Origin: Thermoplasmata archaeon
Lineage (GTDB): Archaea; Thermoplasmatota; Thermoplasmata; Lutacidiplasmatales; UBA184
Assembly (NCBI GenBank): GCA_033854115.1
Contig: JAWOKS010000025.1
Span: 19,781 to 83,780, forward strand
Direction of reading: 5' to 3'
DNA: 64,000 bases
The notes under the pieces are model-generated. The model did not search any database. It had not been told where the DNA came from and was given only the letters and a program-made list of their open reading frames with translations. The stretch's first letter is position 1, and each line of letters begins with the position of its first letter. A program made the position numbers and the translations under genes. Shown piece by piece: positions 9,020-17,645 of the stretch.

Positions 9020-9925
9020 GTGCCGCCGCCCACCCGGACCTCCCTCGTGCCCCCGACCCTCGCCTCCCTCCCGACCGAGCGCGAGCAGCTCGAGTACTCG
9101 TCGCGCTCGCTCGTCTTCGTCGACGACGGGCGCCGCCTCCTCCGGGCGTGGGGGCCGCCCGAACGGCCGTTCGTCGTCGGGGTCGAACCGGCCGACGGCC
9201 GGTGGCGGGTCGCTGCGTGGGGCGCAGGTCCCCGCGAGGCCCGCGACGCGGTGCGGGCGATGTTCTCGCTCGACCATCCGCTCGGCGCGTTCTACCGCCG
9301 CGTACGGAACGAGCCGGTCCTCCGGGGGACCGAGCGACGTTTCCGGGGCCTGCGCCTTCCGAGGGACGCGCACGTCTACGAGTCGCTCGTGCATGCCGTG
9401 GTCGGCCAGCAGCTTTCGGTGGCGGCCGCGAACGCGATCAAGCGTCGCCTGGTCGAGCGGTTCGGCCACCCTCTCCTGGCGGACGGGGTCGAGGTGCCCT
9501 ATCTTCCTCCGCCCTCGGCCCTGCGGGTCGCCGGGGCCGACGGTCTCCGCTCCCTCGGGCTCAGTCGGGCGAAGGTGAGGAGCCTTCTCGCGGTCGCGGA
9601 GGCCGGTCCGCGGGCGTTCCCGGCGAGGACCCTCGGCACGGTCGAGCTGGAACGCGCGCGGCGGGCGCTCGAGCGATGGCCCGGCGTCGGCCCCTGGACC
9701 GCCGAGAACGTCCTTCTACGGGGCACGGGTCGGCGGGACGTCTTTGTCGGCGGCGACCTCGGGATCCGCGTCGCCCTCGACCGCTTCGGGGTGGTGCCGC
9801 GGCGCGCTCCGGAGGAGGCCGCGCGGCGGTGGGCCGAGGCCGCCTACCCCGGCTGGGGGAGCTACGCGACGCTCTACCTCTGGCGGAAGCTCGTCGCCGA
9901 GCGCGCGGAGGCGGCGGCCGGCTAG
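9020..9925 (+). CDS. HhH-GPD DNA glycosylase (AlkA / 3-methyladenine glycosylase II-like)
   Basis: Contains VHAVVGQQLSVAAANAIKRRLVERFG, then LSRAKVRSLLAVAE, then LERWPGVGPWTAENVLLRGTGRRDVFVGGDLGIRVAL (HhH + Gly/Pro loop + catalytic Asp). GTG start. Confidence 0.8.
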   Translation: MPPPTRTSLVPPTLASLPTEREQLEYSSRSLVFVDDGRRLLRAWGPPERPFVVGVEPADGRWRVAAWGAGPREARDAVRAMFSLDHPLGAFYRRVRNEPVLRGTERRFRGLRLPRDAHVYESLVHAVVGQQLSVAAANAIKRRLVERFGHPLLADGVEVPYLPPPSALRVAGADGLRSLGLSRAKVRSLLAVAEAGPRAFPARTLGTVELERARRALERWPGVGPWTAENVLLRGTGRRDVFVGGDLGIRVALDRFGVVPRRAPEEAARRWAEAAYPGWGSYATLYLWRKLVAERAEAAAG

Positions 9926-10443
9926 GCGTCCCCTGCGGCCGCGCCCCGGAGCGGCAGGGCGGCGAGGGTCCGGTGGACGGCCCCGCCGGCGCCGAGCACG
10001 CTCTCCTTGAGGAGGAGCTCGTGCACCGCGACCTCCCGGGGGGGAGGGGCGGGCCGCCGGCCGGCGAGGAGCTCCTCGGCCGCCCGCCGGTCCGCCTCCG
10101 ACCGCACGCGGAAGAGCGTGAGATGCGGGACGAAGAGCTCGCGGGTCTCGGCCGGTTCGCCGATCGCCTCGCGGACCCGACGTGCGAGTTCCACCACCTC
10201 CTCCCGTCCCGCGCTGACGCCGACCCAGACGACCCGCGGCCGCGTGGACGAGGGGAACGCGCCCACCCCCTCGATGCGGAGGACGAACGGAGCGAACCCG
10301 CGCGCGACCTCGTCGAGGCGTTCGACGAGCCAGCCGTTCCGTTCCGCCGGGACCTCGCCGAGGAAGAGGAGGGTGAGGTGCGGGCTCGCTCGGTCGCGGG
10401 CCGCCGCGGGGTCCCCGACCTCGATCGCGACGAACTCCCTCAC
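9922..10443 (-). CDS. ligT: 2H phosphoesterase family protein (2',5' RNA ligase LigT / ThpR-like)
   Basis: Two H-x-T-x motifs at the expected spacing (HLTLLFLG and HLTLFRV). The protein is ~173 aa. The GTG start overlaps the stop of the upstream ATPase gene (GTGA at 10440-10443). Confidence 0.8.
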   Translation of the reverse strand: MREFVAIEVGDPAAARDRASPHLTLLFLGEVPAERNGWLVERLDEVARGFAPFVLRIEGVGAFPSSTRPRVVWVGVSAGREEVVELARRVREAIGEPAETRELFVPHLTLFRVRSEADRRAAEELLAGRRPAPPPREVAVHELLLKESVLGAGGAVHRTLAALPLRGAAAGDA

Positions 10444-13028
10444 GACGGAAGGGACCGCGCGGGCGCTTTACCGTCTAGCGGGGCGGTCCCCTCGGCGGCG
10501 AGCGGCCCGCCGAGGGTCCAGACCTGGGCCCGGTCCGGGCCCGCGCCGAGGCCCGCGAGGGTCCGACGGACCCGCGCGGCCCGGCGCGGATCGCCCACGA
10601 CGAAGACCACGAACGCTCCCCGGCCCCTCGCCTTCGCGAGGCCGTGGCGGATCCGTTCCGGCCGGGTCGCGCCCGAGACCTCGACCTCGACGTGCACGTC
10701 GCGCCCGCGGAAGCACCGCCACGCCCAACCTCCCTGCGCGATCGCGATCGCCTCCGCGAGCTCGCCCGGCGAACGTTGACGCGCTCCGTCCGGGAGCTGG
10801 CGGAACAGGGCATCCGGGAGCGTTGTGTCGAACCGCCCCTGCCGGACGATCTCGAGCCGGTAGCCTCTCCGGGCGAACAGGCGGAACGCCCGCACGAGGA
10901 GGTTCCGGTGCTCCGCGCTCTCCCGGCTCGCCCCGGTCGAGGTCCGCACGCCGAGCCAGCGCGTTCCGGCCGCGGTGAGGTGGAGCGTTCCTCCGGCCTC
11001 GGCGACGAGGCCGCACCGGCCGAGGGTCGGGGCCCGGGCCTCGAGCTCGACCGGGTCGGTGGGCGGTCCGGGAAGCTCGCGGGCCGCGGCGACCGCCGTG
11101 CCCGCAGGGAGCGGCCGCCCCTGCTCCTCAGCGGCCAGGATCGCGAGGAGGAGCCGCTCGGTGCCGTCGTCCGGGTGCGTGTCGGCGCTGTGGTCCGCCG
11201 GGCGGAACTCCCCGGCCGTCCGCCCGACCGCGGCGGTCCATCCGAGTCCCTCGTCCCCGTCCGCCCTCGGGCCGGCGACCGCGCGAAGCTCCCCGGAGCC
11301 GCCCGTACGCACGACCGCACAGCCGGTCGGGAGCCCGGGGAGGACGTCGCCCGCGTCGGCGGCCGAGAGCCCGATCCACGCGCCGAGCGCCGCGGCGTTC
11401 GCCAGGGGGGTCCGGAAGACGTGGACGGACCGGCTGACCCCGGCCGCGGCCGCGCGAAGTTCCGGCGCGAGCCGCTCGGGGAACTGGCTCGCGAGGAGCA
11501 GGTGGAGCCCGAACTTCCGCCCCTCGGCGAGCATCTCGGCGACGAGGCGCGGGGCGAGCATCTGCACCTCGTCCAGCACGACGAGGAAGGGGGGAGCGAT
11601 TGGGGAGCCCGGGGTCCCGCGTCCGGCCGCGAGCCCGAGGTAGACCCGCGCGAGGACGAGCGAGGCTGCGAACGACGCCGCCTCGGGACCGACCTCCGCG
11701 AACGGCAGGCGGACGAGGAGCGACCGTCCCCCGCGGAGAAGGTCCTCGACGGGGACCCCTCCGTCCGAGGGGGCGAGCAGCTCCGTGAGGGACGGCACGA
11801 GCACGACCTTCGCGAGGCGCGCGGCGGCCGGCCAGAGGAACTCCGGGTTCCGTCGTACGATCGGGCCGAGCTCGTCCAGGAACGCCCGGAGCTCCGGGAC
11901 CCGGCTCGCGAGCCGCGCCGCGTCCCGGCGGTCCGCCTCGGTGAGGAGCGCGTAGAGGTCGAGGAGCGAGCCACCCGACTCCTGAACGAGCCGCACGAAC
12001 GCGTCGAAGATCCGCTCGAGGCGGAACCCCCAGTAGACCTCGGTCCCGTCCGGACTGAGCCGCTTGACCGCCGCGACCAGCTGGCCGGCCGCCCGCTCGT
12101 CCGAGCCGGCCAGCGCCGCCACGCCGACGACCGGTCGTCGGGTGACGTCGACGGCAACGACCCGGGCCCGCTCGGACGGTGCGAGCCGGCCAACAATCGC
12201 GGGCGCGAGGTCCCCATGGAGGTCGAGCGCAACGACCGTTCGCCCCCCGCGGATCGCGGCCGCGGCCCGTTCGGCGAGGAAGCTCGTCTTCCCCGCGCCC
12301 GAAGCTCCGAGGGCGAGCGCGTGCCCGTCCTCCCCCGTTCCCGGGCCGGTCCCGCTGATCGGCCGGGGCTCGGCGGTGCGCTCGGCGCGCGTCGGAGCGA
12401 GCGCGAGCCAGCATCCGCGGGGCAGCGTCCGCCCGTCCCCGAGGCGCCAGCCGCGATCGGTCCAGGGCCGGACGACCTCGGCCCGGCAGACAACGCCCGT
12501 GGCCCGGCTCCACTCGGCGGCGCCGAGGGTCCGCACCGACGGCGCCCGGGCCGCGAGCTCGTCCGCGGAGGGGTGGGTGAACCGGCTCCGCCGGGCGACC
12601 CAGATCCGTCCGTCGTCCCGCCGGGCGAGCCAGAACGTCTGGAACTCGAGCCGCCCTCCCGCTCCTAGGCTGGCTTCGGGAAGCGGCGCCTCCCAGGGCC
12701 CGAGCGCCCGGAACCCCGTGGGGGAGACCCCGACCGGCCGGTAGAGGTGGACCTCCTCGCGTCCGTTCTCCGGCTTGACCGTGCCGACGGGCGGATCCGC
12801 GTCCACCGGCCGGAGGGGAGGCGCGGACGGTCGGGCGAGCCACGGGCCGACGAGCGAAGCCGGACGGACCGTGACGCGGGGGAGCGGCCGCTCGGTCGAC
12901 GACTCGAACAGCACGCCCGCCGGGCGCTCGATGGCGACGAGCGCTTCAGCGAGCGCCCGGTAAAGGGACAACCGCCGCTCGGGGTCGAGCGGGGCCGTGA
13001 GAGCGAGGGATCCCGATCCCGCGGTCAT
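10440..13028 (-). CDS. HerA/FtsK/VirD4-clade P-loop ATPase (DUF87-like) with a C-terminal wHTH-like region and a restriction-endonuclease-like region
   Basis: Contains HALALGASGAGKTSFL (Walker A), PPFLVVLDEVQMLAP (Walker B) and GRKFGLHLLLASQFPERL (typical of HerA/FtsK-like ATPases). The C-terminal ~230 aa has a helix-rich segment (ERLLLAILAAEEQGRPL...LHLTAAGTRWL), then AEHRNLLVRAFRLFARRGYRLEIV...LPDALF...DVHVEVEVSG...GRGAFVVFVV. Confidence 0.8.
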   Translation of the reverse strand: MTAGSGSLALTAPLDPERRLSLYRALAEALVAIERPAGVLFESSTERPLPRVTVRPASLVGPWLARPSAPPLRPVDADPPVGTVKPENGREEVHLYRPVGVSPTGFRALGPWEAPLPEASLGAGGRLEFQTFWLARRDDGRIWVARRSRFTHPSADELAARAPSVRTLGAAEWSRATGVVCRAEVVRPWTDRGWRLGDGRTLPRGCWLALAPTRAERTAEPRPISGTGPGTGEDGHALALGASGAGKTSFLAERAAAAIRGGRTVVALDLHGDLAPAIVGRLAPSERARVVAVDVTRRPVVGVAALAGSDERAAGQLVAAVKRLSPDGTEVYWGFRLERIFDAFVRLVQESGGSLLDLYALLTEADRRDAARLASRVPELRAFLDELGPIVRRNPEFLWPAAARLAKVVLVPSLTELLAPSDGGVPVEDLLRGGRSLLVRLPFAEVGPEAASFAASLVLARVYLGLAAGRGTPGSPIAPPFLVVLDEVQMLAPRLVAEMLAEGRKFGLHLLLASQFPERLAPELRAAAAGVSRSVHVFRTPLANAAALGAWIGLSAADAGDVLPGLPTGCAVVRTGGSGELRAVAGPRADGDEGLGWTAAVGRTAGEFRPADHSADTHPDDGTERLLLAILAAEEQGRPLPAGTAVAAARELPGPPTDPVELEARAPTLGRCGLVAEAGGTLHLTAAGTRWLGVRTSTGASRESAEHRNLLVRAFRLFARRGYRLEIVRQGRFDTTLPDALFRQLPDGARQRSPGELAEAIAIAQGGWAWRCFRGRDVHVEVEVSGATRPERIRHGLAKARGRGAFVVFVVGDPRRAARVRRTLAGLGAGPDRAQVWTLGGPLAAEGTAPLDGKAPARSLPS

Positions 13029-13171
13029 CGCTCCCCCTCGGGCTCCGGCACCCCGACGACTCTCTTCGGGACGCGGAGCGGGGGCGACCCTACGGTCCAG
13101 GGCCGGCGTTCCCAGGCGCGTTCGCGTGGAAGGGGTTCGCGCATCCTCGGCTCGCGACGTTCGTCGCGCAT
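13025..13171 (-). CDS. Possible 48-aa Arg/Glu/Pro-rich small protein, translationally coupled to the ATPase gene
   Basis: My own translation gives MRDERREPRMREPLPRERAWERRPWTVGSPPLRVPKRVVGVPEPEGER*. Its TGA overlaps the ATG of the 862-aa gene (ATGA at 13025-13028). GAAGGAGGCGAGAAGG lies just upstream of the ATG. It falls below the ORF-track size cutoff and its composition is not diagnostic. Confidence 0.3.
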   Translation of the reverse strand: MRDERREPRMREPLPRERAWERRPWTVGSPPLRVPKRVVGVPEPEGER

Positions 13172-13752
13172 CTTCTCCAACCTTCTCGCCTCCTTCGCTG
13201 ACGCCGTGCGGGTGGAGGCGACCCCGCGCGGGTGGGCCTCCCGGTCCGGAACGGACGCCGAAGGCCCTACGTCGAGGGAACCCCGGCCAGGCTCCCGCTC
13301 GAGGTCGGCGGCCGGACGGCGGCTACGCCGCGACTACGGCGGGGGTCCGGGGGGGTCTCGGGCTCCGGGCGCGGACGAGGCGTCCGCGGGGGGGCGCGGG
13401 ACCCCGGGCCGGGGAGAGGGGCCTTCTCGCAGGGACCGTGCTCGGGGGGTTCAGCTCGACCGTCCGGTCGATCGAACGCGCAGAACGCGGGGCGAGGAGA
13501 AGGTCTCCATCGACGTACGGGGGACGGAGCCGGTCCGAGAAGAGGAACGCGTCGCGCGCCCCGGAACGTGAAAGATGGAGGTGGTGGGAAGGTGCCCCGC
13601 ACGTCGGGACGCGGTACCGTCCCCTGCGACGATCTTGGGGAACCTTCCCTGGGGTGGTTGCATACCTAAGACCGCAGGCCGGCTACTTGAACCCCGGAAC
13701 GGGGGGTCGTGGAACGGTCCTCTCGGGGACCGGTTCCGACCGAGGTGACCCG

Positions 13753-14235
13753 CTAGGTCTTGCCGCGCGCCTCGGTGTCGCCGACGACGATGCGGGGCAG
13801 CTCGCCCTGGATCACCGGGGTCCGCCGCACGGCACCGGCCCGGACGGCCGCCTGGCGTCGGGGGAGGAGCCAGCGTACGCCCCACTGACGGAGCTCCCGC
13901 GCCGCGGGGGCGAGCCCGAGCCCCATCTCCGTGAGGGAATAGACGACCGAGAACGGCCGGGTGCTCACCACGGTCCGCTGGACGACGCCCTGGCTCTCGA
14001 GGAACTTCAGGGTGGCACTGAGGGTCTTCGCGTTGAGCCGGCTGTTCGCCCTCAGGATCTCGCTGAACCGCTGGGGACCCTCGAGGAGCCGGTGGACGAT
14101 GGCGAGGCGCCACTCTGTGCCGATCACCCCGATCGCGGCGAGGACCGGGCAGATCCCCTCCGCCCCGCTCCCCTCGCAGGTGTCCAGACTCTCGTGGGAA
14201 GCGCCGCCCGTGTGGCGGACGCGCTCGTACGTCAT
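13753..14235 (-). CDS. HxlR-family winged-helix transcriptional regulator
   Basis: Contains CPVLAAIGVIGTEWRLAIVHRLLEGPQRFSEILRANSRLNAKTLSATLKFLESQGVVQRTVVSTRPFSVVYSLTEMG, the canonical HxlR layout. A GGAGG lies 8 nt upstream of the ATG. Confidence 0.85.
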   Translation of the reverse strand: MTYERVRHTGGASHESLDTCEGSGAEGICPVLAAIGVIGTEWRLAIVHRLLEGPQRFSEILRANSRLNAKTLSATLKFLESQGVVQRTVVSTRPFSVVYSLTEMGLGLAPAARELRQWGVRWLLPRRQAAVRAGAVRRTPVIQGELPRIVVGDTEARGKT

Positions 14236-14270
14236 CGCGTTGCCTCCAAGACCGTCAGCCCTCAGCGGGA

Positions 14271-14278
14271 TTTATAGT
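14271..14278. promoter_or_regulatory. TTTATAGT / ACTATAAA box in the divergent hxlR / hypothetical-gene spacer
   Basis: This is the only A/T-rich block in 14236-14378. It lies 36-43 nt upstream of the hxlR ATG (14235) on the minus strand and could also serve the plus-strand gene. Confidence 0.35.
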
Positions 14279-14378
14279 TACTGCCTTTTAGCTGCTAACC
14301 TCGCGTTACTCTCCTCTCCGTCCAGGCGGACCGCCTGTTCGCGGAGTACGTTTTCTCCGCCGAGGGTCGTCCGGGCCC

Positions 14379-14978
14379 GTGCCGACCCGTCGGAGGGAGA
14401 TCGAACTCTCGGTCGAGCGTCCCCTCGGGCCGAACGGCCCGGCGGGAGGGGTCGCCCGCCTGAGCACGCGGTTCGAGGTCGCCGCGGAGGCCGAGGGCCC
14501 GTCGCCGGCCGAGCTCGCCCGCGCCCTCGACGAGCTCACGCGGGACCTCGAGGGCCTGCTCGGCCCGTCGCTCGCGGCCCTGCCGGCCCAGCGGGCGGAC
14601 CGCGACCTCAAGGAGCTCGTGGAGACCTACCGGCCGCGGCAGCGGGAGCTGGTCGACCTCCTCCTGGACGACGGAGAGCTCACGCCGGGCGAGCACGCAC
14701 GGCTGCTCGCGAGCCTCGAGGAGACGCGCCGTCCCTCCCCGCCGCCGGTGCCGTCGCCCGCGGCCACGACCCCGGTGCCGTCCGAGGCCTCCCTCGCGGC
14801 GGTGCCGATCGCCGCGGAGCGCGGGCTCCCCGCAGCGCGTCCCGTTCCCGAGCTCCTGCGGACGTACCAGATCGCGTCGCTGAAGCAGGCGGGGGCGGTC
14901 CGGGCCCGCCGGCAGATCTCGTTCGCGGAGTACATGGCCCTCAAGCGCCACTTCGAGGCGAGCCCGCCGGGGACCTAG
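14379..14978 (+). CDS. Hypothetical helical protein
   Basis: ORF 14379..14978 (GTG start). The composition looks like a real helical protein (ELARALDELTRDLEGLLG..., DLKELVETYRPRQRELVDLLLDDGELTPGEHARLLASLEE). The competing antisense ORF 14295..14951 is Arg/Gly/Pro-rich. I recognised no family. Confidence 0.5.
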   Translation: MPTRRREIELSVERPLGPNGPAGGVARLSTRFEVAAEAEGPSPAELARALDELTRDLEGLLGPSLAALPAQRADRDLKELVETYRPRQRELVDLLLDDGELTPGEHARLLASLEETRRPSPPPVPSPAATTPVPSEASLAAVPIAAERGLPAARPVPELLRTYQIASLKQAGAVRARRQISFAEYMALKRHFEASPPGT

Positions 14979-15041
14979 GTCCGCGCGGTGCCGTCCGAAC
15001 CACGCCCGGGCGAGCCGCGCTCGGACGCTCGTGGCGCCGCC

Positions 15042-16355
15042 TCACGCCTCGCGGTGCGGAACGACGGCGACCGCGAGCAGCCCGACATCGGAGATCCCCG
15101 GCCGCATGCCGAGGCGACGGACGGAGCCAGGCGGCACGTTGGCGTCCGGTTCGGTGGAAGCTCCGATGACCGCGCCCGGGACGTCGTCCGGCCCGAACGG
15201 GCCGCTCGTGCGGGCGAGCCCCACGCACATCTCCCGGCGCCGGAGCCCCGGGCCGACCCTTCCGAGGAACGCCTCGAGGGCGGGCCGCTCGGAGACCCCC
15301 TCGGGAACGTCAAGGGTGGTCGCGGCGAACACGGCCATCCCCTTCGTCCGGGACGGCGGCGCCCGCTGCTCGGCGGCGAGGAGGGTCTCGGTCTTCTCGA
15401 GGAGGTGGTCGGCGGCGTCCTCGGGACGTCCTTCGAGGGTAAGGAAGCCGACCCGCGAGGTCCACCCCTTGTCGAAGGCGAGGTCCGCCGCCCCGCGCAA
15501 CGCCTCCGAAGGACCGGCGACGACGACCGGGTGCCGCGCGGGTGCCGGGACGGACCGCTCGTTCGGCCGTGCGGTGAGGGCGGCACGGGTCCAGGCCGGG
15601 AGCCGGTCCGCGAGGCGGAGCCGGTCGAGCATCGTGCGCACGTTCTTCCGCTCGGCTTCGGTGACCGGCACGGTCGGCCCGCCCCCGACGAGCCGAGGTC
15701 CGTCACCCCGGTCGACGAGGAGCGTCTGGACGTCCGCCTCGACCACCGGGGGAAGCAGGCGGCCCCCGACTCCTCCGGTGCCGAGGACCCGGGCGAGCGC
15801 GGTCACTTCCGCGCCCCGCGCCCCGCGAGCATGCGCCTCCGCGAGGAGCTCCGCGAGCTCCCCGCGGCCGCGCCCCGCCGGTGGCACGAGGAGGGCCCGC
15901 ACCGCGCCGGGGGAGACGAGCAGGAGGAAGAGGTCGGAGGCGCGGAGCCCCCCGACGATCTCCCGCGCGGCGTCGACGACGCGGGGGGCCGCCTCCGCCC
16001 CTCCCCATCCGTCCGGGACGATCTCCGAGCGGAACGGGAGGGAGGGAGGCGCCTCCTCCGGTCCCGCGACGAACCCCTGGGTCACCCGGTCCCCGAAGAC
16101 GTGGAGCACGGCGAGCGCCATCGAGCTCGCGGCCCGGCCGAGGGCGACGAACGCCACCTCGCGGTACCGTCCCTCGGGGACGAACCGGTTGCCGATCCGG
16201 AGCGTCCCGGCCTCGCGACGGACGGCCTGGCGGACCGCGTGGTAGGCGTCCGCTCCGACGACGGCCGCCCGGTAGAGGGCGGCGACGAACGGGTCCGGGC
16301 CGGCCGGCTCGGGCTCTCCCGACGGGAACGGGTCCCAGGGGAACTGGCCGATCAC
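15042..16355 (-). CDS. MOFRL-family protein (glycerate 2-kinase / hydroxypyruvate reductase-like; DUF4147 + MOFRL)
   Basis: The N-terminal layout is FVAALYRAAVVGADAYHAVRQAV...REVAFVALGRAASSMALAV (GKAA-like motif as GRAA). A C-terminal MOFRL-like end is present (GMRPGISDVGLLAVAVV). The sequence is diverged, so the activity is uncertain. Confidence 0.7.
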   Translation of the reverse strand: MIGQFPWDPFPSGEPEPAGPDPFVAALYRAAVVGADAYHAVRQAVRREAGTLRIGNRFVPEGRYREVAFVALGRAASSMALAVLHVFGDRVTQGFVAGPEEAPPSLPFRSEIVPDGWGGAEAAPRVVDAAREIVGGLRASDLFLLLVSPGAVRALLVPPAGRGRGELAELLAEAHARGARGAEVTALARVLGTGGVGGRLLPPVVEADVQTLLVDRGDGPRLVGGGPTVPVTEAERKNVRTMLDRLRLADRLPAWTRAALTARPNERSVPAPARHPVVVAGPSEALRGAADLAFDKGWTSRVGFLTLEGRPEDAADHLLEKTETLLAAEQRAPPSRTKGMAVFAATTLDVPEGVSERPALEAFLGRVGPGLRRREMCVGLARTSGPFGPDDVPGAVIGASTEPDANVPPGSVRRLGMRPGISDVGLLAVAVVPHREA

Positions 16356-16481
16356 GCGACGGCGACCGGGGTCCCGACCTAAGAGGGTGGCGGCCGACGC
16401 CCCGCGGCCGCTGCCGCCTCAGCCCGGCCGCTCGAATCCTCTAGCTCGCGAGAGCGTCGGAGGACCTCGATGGAAGGAGCC

Positions 16482-17645
16482 CTACCCGAGCTGGAGCCGC
16501 TCGACGTTCGGGGCCGCTCCGGGCCGAAGGAACCGGGCGGGGGAGAACTCCTGCGGATCGAGGTCGAGCTTCTCACCGAGGACGGCCTGGGCGACCCGGC
16601 GGCTCGCCGCGGGGGCGAGCATGAAGCCGTGGCCGCCGAAGCCGTTCGCGTGCACGAACCCTGCGAGACGCGGGTCCTCGCCGATGATTGGAAGCCCGTC
16701 GGGGGTGTCGTCGTAGAAGCCGGACCAGGCGCGCAGCACCCCGAGTCCTCGCAGGCGTGGGAGGAGGCCGACGAGCGCCCTCGCCATCGAGGTCAGGAAC
16801 CGCGCGGAGCTCGGCACGCCCCGGGCGGTGCCGGTCGGATGCGGCACGCTGAGCCCGCCGACCAGCTCCCCGCGCACGGTCTGGCTGAAATAGAGGCCGT
16901 CGGACGCCCGGACGACCATCGGGTCGAGGAACGGCTTCATCGGCTCGGTCGCGAGGATCTCGTGGCGGGTGGCGATGTTCGCGACCTCGAGGCCGGCCCG
17001 CCGCGAGAGCTCGCCCGACCAGCCTCCCGCCGCGTTCACCACCGTGGGGGTCCGGACCGTGCCCGCCCCCGTGCGGACCGCGCTCACGCGGCCCCCGTCC
17101 CGCTCGATCGCCTCGACGTCGGTCCCGAGCGCGACCTCCACGCCCAGCCCGCGGACGGCCTCGTAGACGCCCCAGACGGCCGGGAACGGGAAGAGGGTCC
17201 CGTCGGTCGCGAGGTACGCCCCCCCGACGATCGTCCCGGGGTCGATTCCCTCGATGAGGTCCGCGATCTCCGCGGGACGGAGCATTCTCGGGCTCAGGCC
17301 CTCGGACCGCACGACCCTCTGGACCCGCTCGAGCCGGGCGAGCTCGTCGGGGTCCTCGGCGAGGAAAAGGTACCCGCCCTGGCGGAACCAGACGTTGTGC
17401 CCGAAGTCGCGGCCGAACCGCCGGTAGGCGGCGACCGCCTCGCGGGCGAGCCGGACGGTCGAGCGCGTCTCCCATTGCTGGCGGACCCCGCCGCCGTTCC
17501 GCCCCGACCCGCCGTTCGAGAGGTACCCGCGGTCGACGACGAGGAGCGGGGCGATCCCCGCGCGCGCGAGGTGGTAGGCCGTGAACAGTCCGACGATGCC
17601 GGCGCCCACGACGACCGCCCGGTAGTCCGTGCGAGCGAGCGTCAC
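16482..17645 (-). CDS. FAD-dependent oxidoreductase, DAO family (sarcosine oxidase beta / archaeal dye-linked dehydrogenase beta-like)
   Basis: Contains YRAVVVGAGIVGLFTAYHLARAG (GxGxxG) and a C-terminal GFGGHGFMLAP typical of the DAO/SoxB family. The GTG start overlaps the stop of the upstream gene (GTGA at 17642-17645). Confidence 0.85.
   Translation of the reverse strand: MTLARTDYRAVVVGAGIVGLFTAYHLARAGIAPLLVVDRGYLSNGGSGRNGGGVRQQWETRSTVRLAREAVAAYRRFGRDFGHNVWFRQGGYLFLAEDPDELARLERVQRVVRSEGLSPRMLRPAEIADLIEGIDPGTIVGGAYLATDGTLFPFPAVWGVYEAVRGLGVEVALGTDVEAIERDGGRVSAVRTGAGTVRTPTVVNAAGGWSGELSRRAGLEVANIATRHEILATEPMKPFLDPMVVRASDGLYFSQTVRGELVGGLSVPHPTGTARGVPSSARFLTSMARALVGLLPRLRGLGVLRAWSGFYDDTPDGLPIIGEDPRLAGFVHANGFGGHGFMLAPAASRRVAQAVLGEKLDLDPQEFSPARFLRPGAAPNVERLQLG

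Noticed and set aside
10440-13028. Assigning the 862-aa HerA/FtsK-like ATPase as the missing coupling protein (VirD4/TraG) of the T4SS-like cluster.
   Set aside because: It lies ~47 kb away, separated by dozens of housekeeping genes. It has its own tightly coupled partners, and I saw no N-terminal TM anchor typical of T4CPs. The link is not supportable from this window.
13232-13669. ORFs 13267..13602(-) of 111 aa, 13232..13669(+) of 145 aa, and the 3' tail of 13451..14113(-), as candidate genes in the 580-bp gap.
   Set aside because: Extreme Pro/Arg/Gly content, no motifs, and mutually overlapping frames. I kept the region as a finding (unexplained gap) rather than calling a gene.
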